Below are positions 24,570-25,445 of a stretch of 25,445 bases of DNA, in pieces. The stretch is from a virus (lineage: Duplodnaviria > Caudoviricetes). The stretch covers positions 1 through 25,445 of IMG/VR virus record IMGVR_UViG_3300007988_000067. One strand, given 5' to 3'. Numbering within the stretch: the stretch's first letter is position 1; every line of letters starts with the position of its first letter. The notes under the pieces were generated by a model, which was not told the DNA's origin, did no database searches, and saw nothing but the letters and a program-made list of their open reading frames with translations. The position numbers and the translations under genes were made by a program.

Positions 24570-25010
24570 ATGATTGGAATGGATATTAATAATTTAACGT
24601 TTAAAAAGCCTGAAAGTGGAGCATGCCCTTACTACATAAATGACAATGTTAAATATTATATTACGGATGAAAAGGATGGTAGTGAATATAAGTATATCCT
24701 AGTAAGCCAAATTATTGAAAAACCTAGGCTTATTAAGTTAGATGGTGCATATCATGTAGAATGGATGGAAAAAAACATTAAAGATTATAGTATAAACAGT
24801 AAACTAACACGCTACTGGGATGGAATCGTGTTTGAAGATAAGAAATATAACTATTTCGCAACTAAAGAAAGAATAAACATCGTAACGTTAACTAAAAAAT
24901 GTTCATGGGGATTTGATAACTACGTTGATTGCTTAAATCATGCAAAGGAATATATCTATAAGATTATGCAAAAAAAAGAGCCAGAACAGTTGATGTTTAA
25001 TATATTTTAA
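24570..25010 (+). CDS. Hypothetical protein
   Basis: 146 aa directly downstream of the second initiator; ends EQLMFNIF. Confidence 0.75.
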   Translation: MIGMDINNLTFKKPESGACPYYINDNVKYYITDEKDGSEYKYILVSQIIEKPRLIKLDGAYHVEWMEKNIKDYSINSKLTRYWDGIVFEDKKYNYFATKERINIVTLTKKCSWGFDNYVDCLNHAKEYIYKIMQKKEPEQLMFNIF

Positions 25011-25032
25011 AATAAACTATTCTAAATATGAG

Positions 25033-25063
25033 TTTAAAAAGAGCCTTAAATGGCTCTTTTAAA
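25033..25063. terminator. Bidirectional intrinsic terminator
   Basis: AAAAAGAGCC-TTAAAT-GGCTCTTTT between convergent genes. Confidence 0.75.
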
Positions 25064-25157
25064 ATCATTTTTAAAAAATGAATCAACGATACTTAACAAA
25101 ATTAGATAAACTCATTACAGCGAAAACAGTTAAAAGCTACTAAAAATATGAACTTAC

Positions 25158-25445
25158 TCATAAAATCTTCGGTCTTATATTGTTATCTTTTAAAGTGTCT
25201 TCAATTCTTTTCAAAGATTTTTTTAGGCTGTCAAAATCCTCAATTGTTGCATATAGGGAAACAGAATCATTCTTTTTTGTTATTTTGTCTTCGGAATCGT
25301 TATTTTTTTCTTTGATTTTGATATTAAAGTATCTTAAAATAGCTTTTCCGTGTGCTTCTCCAATTTTTTGTATCTCGTGTGCTTCATCCATTTTTTTATA
25401 ATCGTCAGAATCAATAAACCCTGATTCGCTCAAACATGCAATAGC
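25158..25445 (-). CDS. N-acetylmuramoyl-L-alanine amidase (Amidase_3) endolysin, 5' partial
   Basis: Frame open to the window edge: AIACLSESGFIDS...IGEAHGKAILRYFNI matches the Amidase_3 A-x-L-x-E-x-GF-x-D catalytic strand and terminal helix; same strand as the late genes. Confidence 0.75.
   Translation of the reverse strand, partial: AIACLSESGFIDSDDYKKMDEAHEIQKIGEAHGKAILRYFNIKIKEKNNDSEDKITKKNDSVSLYATIEDFDSLKKSLKRIEDTLKDNNIRPKIL

Larger units (their letters stand above)
1..25445. mobile_element. Temperate lambda-like phage (head, packaging, early, lysogeny modules, accessory cassette, end of lysis gene); extends beyond both window edges
   Basis: Ordered terS-terL-gpW-portal-Clp protease-decoration-capsid block, replication initiator, Cro/CI switch, serine integrase and amidase fragment; no host housekeeping gene seen. 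Confidence 0.95.

Noticed and set aside
19251-25401. Overlapping ORFs at 19251, 19400, 19480, 21255, 23915, 25180
   Set aside because: Lie within the integrase, radical SAM, rep or amidase genes with no independent coding signal
1-25445. CRISPR array, reverse transcriptase-based system (DGR/retron), IS element, rRNA
   Set aside because: No regularly spaced repeat-spacer array, RT motif, transposase or rRNA-like sequence seen in the window
20751-25445. Region right of the integrase as host chromosome
   Set aside because: All recognisable genes are mobile-element types, the dyad at the integrase end is symmetric rather than hybrid, and the amidase is in late-gene orientation; a host amidase cannot be fully excluded without flanking sequence

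Overview
The whole window is part of one temperate, lambda-like (gpA terminase, gpB portal, gpE capsid) phage of a very AT-rich Firmicute, probably Clostridia (inferred from gene families and strong GGAGG RBS usage). Left to right it holds: head and packaging genes (minus strand), a lambda-like cos site, a late-control region with a tRNA-like element, the early/replication operon (minus), a Cro/CI switch, a large serine integrase ending in a perfect 54-bp inverted repeat (probable intact attP), a ~4.3-kb accessory cassette, and the 3' end of an amidase endolysin. Both cos and the probable attP are intact, with lysis-end DNA directly beyond attP, so this looks like a circular/excised genome or a tandem copy rather than a simple integrated prophage. 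The most unusual part is the cassette at 20787-25010, which looks like a second, self-contained plasmid-type replicon inside the phage. It has its own initiator with internal 15-bp iterons, two predicted counter-transcribed RNAs, a divergent Xis-like regulator with tandem operator-like repeats, and a 4-TM coiled-coil/winged-helix membrane protein whose gene carries a repeated 9-12-bp DNA motif. Several small genes missed by the ORF track were read by hand, including two with single in-frame stops flanking the tRNA-like element and a frameshifted ParB-type HTH gene. All family assignments come from motif recognition by eye; no database searches were run.
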